From the IMG/VR virus record IMGVR_UViG_3300024507_000173, positions 1-64,000 of that record: a DNA stretch of 64,000 nucleotides. One strand, given 5' to 3'. Shown here piece after piece: positions 56,488-64,000 of this stretch (position 1 is the stretch's first letter; each line of letters starts with the position of its first letter). The position numbers were made by a program, and so were the translations under genes. The notes under the pieces were generated by a model. That model searched no databases and was not told the DNA's origin. It was given only the letters and a program-made list of their open reading frames with translations. The DNA comes from a virus. Lineage: Duplodnaviria > Caudoviricetes.

Positions 56488-56924
56488 TGAACAAATTTAT
56501 TGAAAAATTACTAGGTATTGATAAAATCAAAGCAGAAGCAGAGGCTGCTGTAAAGGCTGCTGAAGCATCTAAAGAAATTGCCGAAAAGGCTGCAGAGGCT
56601 GCAGAAAAGGCCAAGGAAGCTGAAGAATTGGCTAAACTGAGTCCAAAAGAACGTGCTAATCGTAAAAAAGAACCGTGGGTGGGGGTACTAAATACACACG
56701 TTAACCAAGATAACATTCGCAACGGTTTTTTTGAGCTTGACTGGAACGAGCATTTTGTGTTAAAATTAAAGCAAGAAGGATATGGTGCCGATGGCGATAA
56801 TGACGAGGAAATCGTAGATCGTTGGTTCCGTGAACTTTGTGCAAACGTGGTTGTCGATGGCGACTACGGCGGTCCTGTTAATACAGGTGTTATAGACATA
56901 CAGAGCGTAAAGAAGAACAATTAA
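56487..56924 (+). CDS. Hypothetical protein
   Basis: A/E/K-rich helix plus a conserved-looking FFELDWN domain. Confidence 0.7.
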   Translation: MNKFIEKLLGIDKIKAEAEAAVKAAEASKEIAEKAAEAAEKAKEAEELAKLSPKERANRKKEPWVGVLNTHVNQDNIRNGFFELDWNEHFVLKLKQEGYGADGDNDEEIVDRWFRELCANVVVDGDYGGPVNTGVIDIQSVKKNN

Positions 56925-57934
56925 TGGCTTATATTTTAGTTGATACTGCGAATACTTTTTTTCGCGCACGACACGTAATCAACGGCGATGCTGATATTAA
57001 ACTCGGTATGGCTTTTCATATTACTTTAAATTCAATCCGTAAAGCGTGGCAACAATTCCAAGGTCATCACGTTATCTTCTGTTTAGAAGGTCGCAGCTGG
57101 CGAAAAGACTATTATGCTCCGTATAAGCGTAATCGTCAAGAAACCCGTGCTGCCTTGAACGAACGTGAGCAAGAAGAAGATAAACTGTTTTGGGAAGCAT
57201 TTGATACCTTTAAAGAGTTTATCAAAGATAAGACTAACTGCACAGTTATGCAACATCCGCAACTAGAAGCAGATGATCTTATTGCAGGCTGGATCCAAAG
57301 TCATCCGCAGGATCAACACGTGATCATTTCAACAGACAGTGATTTTGCACAGTTAATTGCGCCCAATGTGAAACAATATAACGGTGTAATGGAAACAACT
57401 ATTACACACGAAGGATTCTTTGATGACAAAGGCAAATCAATTATTGACAAAAAAACTAAAGAACCAAAAGCGGCGCCCAACCCAGAATGGCTCTTGTTTG
57501 AAAAATGTATGCGTGGTGATACCAGTGATAATGTCTTCTCAGCGTATCCAGGTGTGCGTACTAAAGGCACAAAAAACAAAGTGGGTCTTACAGAAGCGTT
57601 CGAAGATCGTAAAAGCAAAGGATTTGCGTGGAACAATCTCATGCTTCAGAGATGGACTGACCACGAAGGTGTAGAGCATCGTGTATTAGAAGATTACGAG
57701 CGTAATCGCAGATTGATCGACTTATCTCATCAACCAGACCATATTAAAGAAATTATTGCCACAACTATTGCAGAGGCCGTCTCTGCAAATAAGGATGTTA
57801 CACAAGTCGGTATTAGATTAATGAAATTCTGTAATACTTGGGATCTAAAAAAGATTTCAGAACAGGCTCAGTCTTACGCAGAACCATTAAATGCCAAATA
57901 CAGTAGTAATCAAAGAGAAACAATGTCCCTATGA
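56924..57934 (+). CDS. rnh: T4 RNase H-like 5'-3' exonuclease
   Basis: VDTAN, WRK..Y..YKRNR, EADD, STDSDF.QL and GDTSDNV. Confidence 0.88.
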   Translation: MAYILVDTANTFFRARHVINGDADIKLGMAFHITLNSIRKAWQQFQGHHVIFCLEGRSWRKDYYAPYKRNRQETRAALNEREQEEDKLFWEAFDTFKEFIKDKTNCTVMQHPQLEADDLIAGWIQSHPQDQHVIISTDSDFAQLIAPNVKQYNGVMETTITHEGFFDDKGKSIIDKKTKEPKAAPNPEWLLFEKCMRGDTSDNVFSAYPGVRTKGTKNKVGLTEAFEDRKSKGFAWNNLMLQRWTDHEGVEHRVLEDYERNRRLIDLSHQPDHIKEIIATTIAEAVSANKDVTQVGIRLMKFCNTWDLKKISEQAQSYAEPLNAKYSSNQRETMSL

Positions 57935-57960
57935 TAACAAATAGTTTGACGGAGGAAATT

Positions 57961-58437
57961 ATGACAGAGTTACACGCTAAAGCCATCATTGCAGATAAAT
58001 TTTGGATCGTAGAACAAGACGGAGAAAAGGTCGCGACGTTGAGAAAAAACGAAGACGATCGATATGTAATGAGTAACGAATCCGGAATAAAGATTTACGA
58101 AACAAAAGAAAGTCTAACAAAAGAATTTGGTAAGACATTCTTTACAGTTAAAATTGTTAAAGAATCTCACAACGCCTTGCCTAATGAGGTTCACGGTTAT
58201 CCTACAAGTACAGAACCGCATAATGCTATGTTTGATATTCGAAAAAAACTTCCGCTATTTACAAAGAGTGGAGATAGTAAAAGTTTGTATTGTGCAGGAT
58301 ATTACACTATTAAATTTGATAAAGGATGGGTTAAGAGTTTTTGTCCTAAAAAAATTACTCTTGAACGTTATCCTTTTAAAGGACCTTTTAAAACTGAGAT
58401 TGAAATGAAACAGGTGTTGTCTAATGTCTCAAAATAA
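57961..58437 (+). CDS. Hypothetical protein
   Basis: GGAGGA RBS before ATG 57961. Confidence 0.7.
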   Translation: MTELHAKAIIADKFWIVEQDGEKVATLRKNEDDRYVMSNESGIKIYETKESLTKEFGKTFFTVKIVKESHNALPNEVHGYPTSTEPHNAMFDIRKKLPLFTKSGDSKSLYCAGYYTIKFDKGWVKSFCPKKITLERYPFKGPFKTEIEMKQVLSNVSK

Positions 58438-58672
58438 TCTTCCTACTACACTACCAACTATTGAAAAGTTAATTCAACGAATTTCCATAGCTGAAAAAAG
58501 CCAGCAAAAAGAAATAAGAATTACCATACAAGAAGCTCGCGATCTTACTTCTGAGTTAGCCGTCCTAACATCAAAGTTAGGTAAAACTGTTACTGAAATA
58601 CACCAATTATTATCTGAAATCAAACAAGCATCTACCCAAATTGATGTTAAGTTTGATGGTGGAACATTTTAA
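58424..58672 (+). CDS. Hypothetical protein
   Basis: Helical ORF ending DGGTF. Confidence 0.65.
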   Translation: MSQNNLPTTLPTIEKLIQRISIAEKSQQKEIRITIQEARDLTSELAVLTSKLGKTVTEIHQLLSEIKQASTQIDVKFDGGTF

Positions 58673-58715
58673 AAGGCATAAATATATACGTGGTTAATTA
58701 GGAAACACGTATATT

Positions 58716-59000
58716 ATGAGTAGACCAAAACCGACTGTCTTATTAGAATACGCTAACAAGGAAACGTTCAAAATTGAACAAATACTTGATAGTGAAGCCA
58801 TCTGGGCTGTATTCTATAAAGGCCAGCCTTTTAATTTAAAGAGCGGAAGTTTGGTTGCTAGTTATCCAGGACCTAAATATAAAAAAGTATCATTTTCAAA
58901 TCCTGGTCACGCATATAACCTAGCAAAGAAATTAAACAAACTTTTTAAAACTTCAGACTTCGCAGTTTATAAACTTACCACCGGTGAAGAGGTAAAATAA
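58716..59000 (+). CDS. Hypothetical protein (late)
   Basis: TAAATA 58679-58684 and an RBS-occluding hairpin upstream. Confidence 0.75.
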   Translation: MSRPKPTVLLEYANKETFKIEQILDSEAIWAVFYKGQPFNLKSGSLVASYPGPKYKKVSFSNPGHAYNLAKKLNKLFKTSDFAVYKLTTGEEVK

Positions 59001-59001
59001 T

Positions 59002-59403
59002 ATGGATACTAAGGATACCTATACACGGGTATTCTTGGAGGCGGCAGGATTAGCAACTGATCCAGATACTATCAAAAAGTATAAGGCCGTTTGGTGGTGG
59101 AACATTCGTTCAAAAAATTCTGGCGGTTTAAGATTGACTGAGCAGGCTTTGAATTTTATTGAAGAGTATGCTAAAATAAAAACATACAAAATAGACTTTC
59201 CTCAAGAATTTGCTTTCACACCGCAGGTTCTTATTTGGTTAGATAATTTTATAGATTCTCCATTTTTTATCAACAAAAAACACATTATTGTAATGAAAGA
59301 AAAATCTGCTTTTGAGCTATATCTATTTTCCGGAGACATTCGAAAAATGGGTCATAACAAGGCCCTGTCAAAAAGACTTAGCCAAGAATCAGTGTCAGAA
59401 TAA
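59002..59403 (+). CDS. Hypothetical protein
   Basis: 133-aa ORF with a GAGG RBS. Confidence 0.7.
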   Translation: MDTKDTYTRVFLEAAGLATDPDTIKKYKAVWWWNIRSKNSGGLRLTEQALNFIEEYAKIKTYKIDFPQEFAFTPQVLIWLDNFIDSPFFINKKHIIVMKEKSAFELYLFSGDIRKMGHNKALSKRLSQESVSE

Positions 59404-59411
59404 CTCACACT

Positions 59412-59419
59412 TATAAATA
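59412..59419 (+). promoter_or_regulatory. Exact T4 late promoter consensus
   Basis: TATAAATA 8 nt before ATG 59428. Confidence 0.65.
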
Positions 59420-59427
59420 TTTTCACG

Positions 59428-59697
59428 ATGTTTGATCTTAATCCTATTGACGTTTTAAAACAAAGAAAAGTACATATTGTGCCGCCGCATTTTAAAAAAA
59501 TCAGTGTTACAGAAAATGAACTTTTTAGTGGATTGGAAGACTGGGTCAAAACAAAATTGAAGGGTAGATATTTTATCAATAAACAACCAGGAATTGATAA
59601 AAACGGTTCTTTACGATCTACTTTTTATATCGGATTTGAAGATCAAAAAGAATTAACTTATTTTATTCTAGCGTGTCCAATGTTAAGGAGAAACTAA
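59428..59697 (+). CDS. Hypothetical protein
   Basis: 89-aa ORF. Confidence 0.65.
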   Translation: MFDLNPIDVLKQRKVHIVPPHFKKISVTENELFSGLEDWVKTKLKGRYFINKQPGIDKNGSLRSTFYIGFEDQKELTYFILACPMLRRN

Positions 59698-59927
59698 TGA
59701 CAGACGAAGTTCAAAAACAAGAAGCACCAGCTGCTCCAGAGGCAGCGCCAGTGCAACAGCCAGCACAAGGTCCCGATTTAAATATCAGCGATCTAGCTGC
59801 GTTAAAAAATATTATCGAAGTTGCAACAACAAGAGGAGCGTTCAAAGCAGCAGAATTAGAAGCAGTTGGTAAGGTGTTTAACAAACTGAATGCTTTCTTA
59901 GAAGCTGTGTCTAAAAAGGAGGCTTAA
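59697..59927 (+). CDS. Hypothetical protein
   Basis: AAGGAG RBS before ATG 59697. Contains a RGAFKAAEL..VG motif. Confidence 0.7.
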   Translation: MTDEVQKQEAPAAPEAAPVQQPAQGPDLNISDLAALKNIIEVATTRGAFKAAELEAVGKVFNKLNAFLEAVSKKEA

Positions 59928-59929
59928 TC

Positions 59930-60583
59930 ATGGCAGGTCCATATAAACACGTTGGCAAAATGGCCAATACTGGTGCAAAGGTTCTTGTAGTATTTAGAAC
60001 ATTGCCCGGAGAAGCAAACACAGCATTAGTACTACCTGTGGCAAATTTACCCGACAGCTATCACGACGCTATTATGGAAGTTGTTGAAACTCCACAGGCA
60101 CAGGATGCTTTTGAATTTGGTGAAATTATGTTTATGCGTAGTTTTCCAGACGGTCGCCCAATGCTACAAGCAATGCAGGCAGATAACCGTTTACACAAGG
60201 TTGCTACAGATACAGTTGTTATGACTCCAACTCCAACAACAAGTATTGCGTTGTCTGAATTAAATGTTTTAATTGCTGAACAAAAGAATTGTTCAATCGA
60301 CGATTTGTATACATTCGTTTCGGGTGCTCCTAAGAAAACTGAAAAAACCGCAACTAAAACAGTACAAGAATCTGAGCCTATTGTAGATCCTGATATTCCT
60401 GCACCATTAAGAGCGCAGGCAAGCACCAACGAAGCACTAACTGATAAAGATATTGCTCGTTCTTATCGTAGTCAGGCAGATGCAATGTACAAAGAAGCAG
60501 CAAGATTAAGACGTGAAGCAGATTCACTAGATCCGCCTACTAAGAAAACCGTCAAGAAGGCAGAAGAATCAGCCGATGCCTAA
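59930..60583 (+). CDS. Hypothetical protein
   Basis: AGGAGG RBS, 217 aa. Confidence 0.75.
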   Translation: MAGPYKHVGKMANTGAKVLVVFRTLPGEANTALVLPVANLPDSYHDAIMEVVETPQAQDAFEFGEIMFMRSFPDGRPMLQAMQADNRLHKVATDTVVMTPTPTTSIALSELNVLIAEQKNCSIDDLYTFVSGAPKKTEKTATKTVQESEPIVDPDIPAPLRAQASTNEALTDKDIARSYRSQADAMYKEAARLRREADSLDPPTKKTVKKAEESADA

Positions 60584-60881
60584 TCCGTTGTTTAAGCCTC
60601 CACGCCACTTAATAAAAGAGTGGCCAGAGGTCTTTGAAGATCTCTATATGAATACTATGCCAGTCGCTTATCTAGAATTAATACATCTAGAATTTAGCGA
60701 TGGCAGAGTATGGGAGATTGACATTAAAACAGAATTAGTAAAACAAACTCCAGAATCAATTGCAGACACATTAATTAATACGCTGCAAGAATATAAAGAA
60801 GAAATTAAAAAAATAGATTTTAAAGTCGATATCGATAAATTAAAAAAAGATATCAAAGATTCAACTAACGGAATCTTTTAA
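60576..60881 (+). CDS. Hypothetical protein
   Basis: 101-aa ORF. Confidence 0.65.
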   Translation: MPNPLFKPPRHLIKEWPEVFEDLYMNTMPVAYLELIHLEFSDGRVWEIDIKTELVKQTPESIADTLINTLQEYKEEIKKIDFKVDIDKLKKDIKDSTNGIF

Positions 60882-62456
60882 AACTTTTAAAATATTCTCA
60901 ACAAATCTATTGTGTACTATTTGAGTAGGATGTCCGCATCCGTGAATTTCGGTAGATTTATCATTTACAAAATCATAGAGATTTTTATCTGTAATAAAAG
61001 AAGGATGTGATAAACATTCTTGTTGCATTCTAGCAATATCTTTTTTGAAATACTCTTCAAAAGAAGCTTTAAAATGTTTATAACCTCCGTCGTTTATGCA
61101 AGGAACAATTAACAGTTTGTTGTTTAAATTTTTTTCTGATATTTGTATTAATCGAGACCAACATAGATAATAGAAATAAAACATATACATAGCATTTTTA
61201 AATTCTATTATAGGCGCTTGATAATCTTGAAGGTGTAAAGGAAATTGCTCTTTCATTTTTAATAATACCGCTTTTGATTTCTGTTTGCCAAAATATATAG
61301 AACGCTCAATAGAAGTCAATCCTACAAAGACTAAATCAGTATCAGATATTAGACCTTCTGAAATATCATGTTCAATTTGATACAAAATATTAGGAAGAGA
61401 ATTTGCTCCTTCAGATCTATTAGATAATTCTACCTGCAATTTATTTGCTAATATTGCAGGCCAAGCTAATAATTTTTGTTTTTCTATTAGTTTTTTTCTT
61501 AATAAAGGATCATAAGATTCTTTTATTTTAAACCAAGCTTCTATTCCTTTTTCTCTTTTAATTTTTTCTGCATCGGGATTTAATTGATAATCTAAAAATT
61601 CATCTCCGGCTGTATAACTACAACCATATGCAACAATTCTCGTTACTTTAGATTTTTCAAATTTAAAATTTGATCTATTTGTGCTTATATCTTTGTATTG
61701 TCTCCAATTTTTAAACATCATCGACAATTGATTTATTGATTTGTCTACATCATTAATTGTCATAAGAGGTCTTATTTTACATTGATATATATTTGACAAA
61801 CTATTAAATTCAATATTACAAAATTCAAACAATAATTCCCATATTTTTTCCGATCTCTCCCATTCTGAGTTAGAATACAGATTAAAAAAATTATTTAAAA
61901 ATTCATCTCCGCGTTGGCATATAGTATCTATTGCAGGCCTGTTTAAAGCTATAACGTGAGGAGTAATTAAATCTGAATGTCTATGTACCCAAACTTTTGG
62001 TTTATCTTGAGTTACATTTTTTAAAAATGCATTAATATCACCTTCAACTATTAAATCAGTTGTAATTGATATTACAACTTCGGATTTAGTTTTTTTTAAT
62101 CCTTGTATAAAAGAATATATATGCTGAATATAAAAAACTTTGTAATTATCTTCTTCACTGACCTTGTATGCAGACTTATACCATTCTACCAAATGACTCC
62201 TATTGTAGACATCGACAACAGTAGGTTTTAATTTGTTTTTTAAGTGGTCTAATGCAAATTCAAAAGTTTTATCTTCCTCTATCATATGAGTAGATTTTAA
62301 TGAAAGAGATGAATGCGAATCTTGCAGATAATCAAGTACGCTAAAAATATTATTGTGATTTACATCTTTAAAACATTCTGCTTGACGTTTAGCAGCTTCT
62401 GCAAACCTAACTTGACCAGAATATAATATTTCTAAACTCATACAGTTTTTGCCCAT
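60861..62456 (-). CDS. Two-domain protein: N-terminal glycosyltransferase-like region plus C-terminal SGNH-like domain
   Basis: N-terminal ILYSGQVR. C-terminal AYGCSYTAG, WPAILA, N...GANS and GHPT...H. Confidence 0.5.
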   Translation of the reverse strand: MGKNCMSLEILYSGQVRFAEAAKRQAECFKDVNHNNIFSVLDYLQDSHSSLSLKSTHMIEEDKTFEFALDHLKNKLKPTVVDVYNRSHLVEWYKSAYKVSEEDNYKVFYIQHIYSFIQGLKKTKSEVVISITTDLIVEGDINAFLKNVTQDKPKVWVHRHSDLITPHVIALNRPAIDTICQRGDEFLNNFFNLYSNSEWERSEKIWELLFEFCNIEFNSLSNIYQCKIRPLMTINDVDKSINQLSMMFKNWRQYKDISTNRSNFKFEKSKVTRIVAYGCSYTAGDEFLDYQLNPDAEKIKREKGIEAWFKIKESYDPLLRKKLIEKQKLLAWPAILANKLQVELSNRSEGANSLPNILYQIEHDISEGLISDTDLVFVGLTSIERSIYFGKQKSKAVLLKMKEQFPLHLQDYQAPIIEFKNAMYMFYFYYLCWSRLIQISEKNLNNKLLIVPCINDGGYKHFKASFEEYFKKDIARMQQECLSHPSFITDKNLYDFVNDKSTEIHGCGHPTQIVHNRFVENILKVLKDSVS

Positions 62457-63691
62457 CTTGGATTTTCTTTAATTATTTCGTGAGTAAAAATTCTATCAAT
62501 ACTGCTATGAACGCCACAGGTTTCAGAGCAATAAAGTAATTTTCCATCTTTAATAGTGTCCTTAGACCAACTATCTGCAAATACACGATCTAAATGTCCA
62601 CTTGATAAAATTTCTTCTAACGAATGAATATTTAGATCAAACTTATCCCATCCGTAATCATTCATATGTTTATGTAATTGCAATGTTGCTGCTTCTGAAT
62701 ATAATCCATTTAATCGAGTACCAATATAACAACAAGGCATTACTCGACCAAAATTATCAACAAATATTTCTTTTTTTCCATTTGTCCAAACTTTTGATTT
62801 GCAATTAATTTTGCACCCGTCATATTTTGTATTATCAGTTTTTAAAATTTTATCTTCGTAAACAGTTAACACTTGATTTTGAAAATCTTTACCGGTAGAT
62901 TTTGTTTCTTTTAATGATCGATAGTTATCTATTTTAAAAGGATAATATTTTATTGGAGATACACCTGTTGGATTTTCTAAATTTCTATTTTTTGGATCAA
63001 CAGGAGCTTCTATAGTATAATCAAGTTCTCCTTCTTTATTAAGAGCTACCAAATGTACTAGCTCTGTTCCGTTGTCAACGCCTAGTGCTTTTTTAGGAAC
63101 AAACTCTTTAAAACCCATCTTTTCAGAAAAACGTTTTGCTTCAATTATCTGATGTTCGTTGTGTTTAAAAATAAGGAAATCCCATATAGCAGGACCACCA
63201 GCATTAATAAACGATTCTGCATTTTCCATAAGAATTTTCCAATCAACATTTCGTCTATAAATGTGATTAGTATCTTCAAGACCGTCTATGCTAAATGTAA
63301 CTGACCAATAATTTGAACTGCTCCAAGGATGTTTAGAAAATAATTTTCCTAATTTTTCCCACCAGATAGATCTGCGCATTCCGCCATTTGTGTTGACTCT
63401 AACAGAAATATTAGGATTTACAGAATCTATATATTCACATATTTCGTACATATCTCTAGCAACACAAGGATCCCCGTGTACACCACAAAATAATATTAAA
63501 CTACAACGTTGAATAATTTCAGGAGGAAAATATTTTTTAAATTGTTCTAATGTTATTTGACCTATTTCTAGATCGGGCCGTGTCAAAGGACTATTATTAT
63601 AAAATCTTACGCACATAGGACAAGCAGCATTGCAAGCATTAGTCAATTCTATGTGCATCTGAGTTAGTTCATTAAAATTCCAAAAGTTCAT
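62438..63691 (-). CDS. Radical SAM protein with SPASM/twitch domain
   Basis: ELTNACNAACPMC, TNGG, FSIDG and C-terminal C...PCC...C...C. Confidence 0.88.
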   Translation of the reverse strand: MNFWNFNELTQMHIELTNACNAACPMCVRFYNNSPLTRPDLEIGQITLEQFKKYFPPEIIQRCSLILFCGVHGDPCVARDMYEICEYIDSVNPNISVRVNTNGGMRRSIWWEKLGKLFSKHPWSSSNYWSVTFSIDGLEDTNHIYRRNVDWKILMENAESFINAGGPAIWDFLIFKHNEHQIIEAKRFSEKMGFKEFVPKKALGVDNGTELVHLVALNKEGELDYTIEAPVDPKNRNLENPTGVSPIKYYPFKIDNYRSLKETKSTGKDFQNQVLTVYEDKILKTDNTKYDGCKINCKSKVWTNGKKEIFVDNFGRVMPCCYIGTRLNGLYSEAATLQLHKHMNDYGWDKFDLNIHSLEEILSSGHLDRVFADSWSKDTIKDGKLLYCSETCGVHSSIDRIFTHEIIKENPRWAKTV

Positions 63692-63692
63692 A

Positions 63693-64000
63693 TTACATAC
63701 CTATTATTTTCGAATACTCAGGAAATACCTTTGAAAATTCTTGATTTCTGTACTGGTCATGTTTTTTTATTGTTGAAATAAATGTTTGCCAAACAGCATC
63801 TTTAAATTTACCGTTTTTAATAAATCCAATGATTCCAGGAATTTGATACCACGCACTTACGTATTCTTTTGGAATTTTTTCTAATCTAGATATTACTTCT
63901 TCTTTAACATTGTCTGGCATTTTACCAATATTAAAATGTTCTGGGCCGTGTACTAAATTTAGATAAACTCCTAGGTCAGGGTAAGATTTATAATATTCAT
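63693..64000 (-). CDS. C-terminus of a probable radical SAM protein, truncated by the window edge
   Basis: The frame is open to 63998 (EYYKSYPDLGVYLNLVHGPEHF...). The D.YRNQ.F...FPE ending is typical of phage radical SAM proteins. Confidence 0.5.
   Translation of the reverse strand, partial: EYYKSYPDLGVYLNLVHGPEHFNIGKMPDNVKEEVISRLEKIPKEYVSAWYQIPGIIGFIKNGKFKDAVWQTFISTIKKHDQYRNQEFSKVFPEYSKIIGM

Noticed and set aside
746-62808. Numerous antisense or alternate-frame ORFs in the track (e.g. 8866-9381, 11340-11825, 31276-31677, 39959-40432, 44487-44861)
   Set aside because: They overlap well-supported genes and lack RBSs and motifs, consistent with shadow ORFs.
1-64000. Stop-codon reassignment as in some large phages
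   Set aside because: Genes up to 8.3 kb are uninterrupted and tile densely under code 11. TAA and TGA are common stops, and TAG ends the ORF at 18818.
1-64000. tRNA, rRNA or tmRNA genes
   Set aside because: Intergenic gaps are short, and no cloverleaf or T-loop (GTTCGA) context was recognised. A tRNAscan run would be needed to exclude them formally.

Overview
This is a gene-dense, AT-rich 64 kb segment of a large tailed dsDNA phage, T4-superfamily or jumbo-phage-like, using the standard genetic code. The host is probably Gram-negative and proteobacterial, inferred from the spanins, ClpA and ErpA. From left to right: (1) 0.6-23 kb is a baseplate/tail-fibre module with five proteins sharing a gp9/gp10-type N-terminus, interrupted by a minus-strand QueC-like and methyltransferase-like pair. 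(2) 23-28 kb holds a DnaE fragment, GroES, a MazG-like protein, a cytidylyltransferase, a clamp loader, a dCMP deaminase and PhoH. (3) 29-32 kb is a lysis cassette (GH19 endolysin, spanins, holin). (4) DnaJ and ClpA follow. (5) 36-41 kb is a late cluster of probable protease-processed internal head proteins, including a nucleotidyltransferase and a second GH19. (6) PolB and a probable sliding clamp follow. (7) 45-56 kb is a 7-deazaguanine DNA-modification region (DpdA/TGT-like, DpdL-type T-fold, FolE, QueE) that also contains a GT-B glycosyltransferase, a cupin, a PRTase and a HIT protein. (8) RNase H, conserved hypotheticals and a minus-strand radical-SAM/SGNH block close the window. Regulatory grammar is clear: sigma70 promoters, a T4-like late box (TAAATA), leaderless starts and RBS-occluding hairpins. 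The best candidates for new biology are a possibly glycosylated 7-deazaguanine modification pathway, phycobiliprotein-like C-x-R-D repeats in the giant baseplate protein, and the packaged enzyme cargo. All family calls come from motif recognition by eye; no searches were run.
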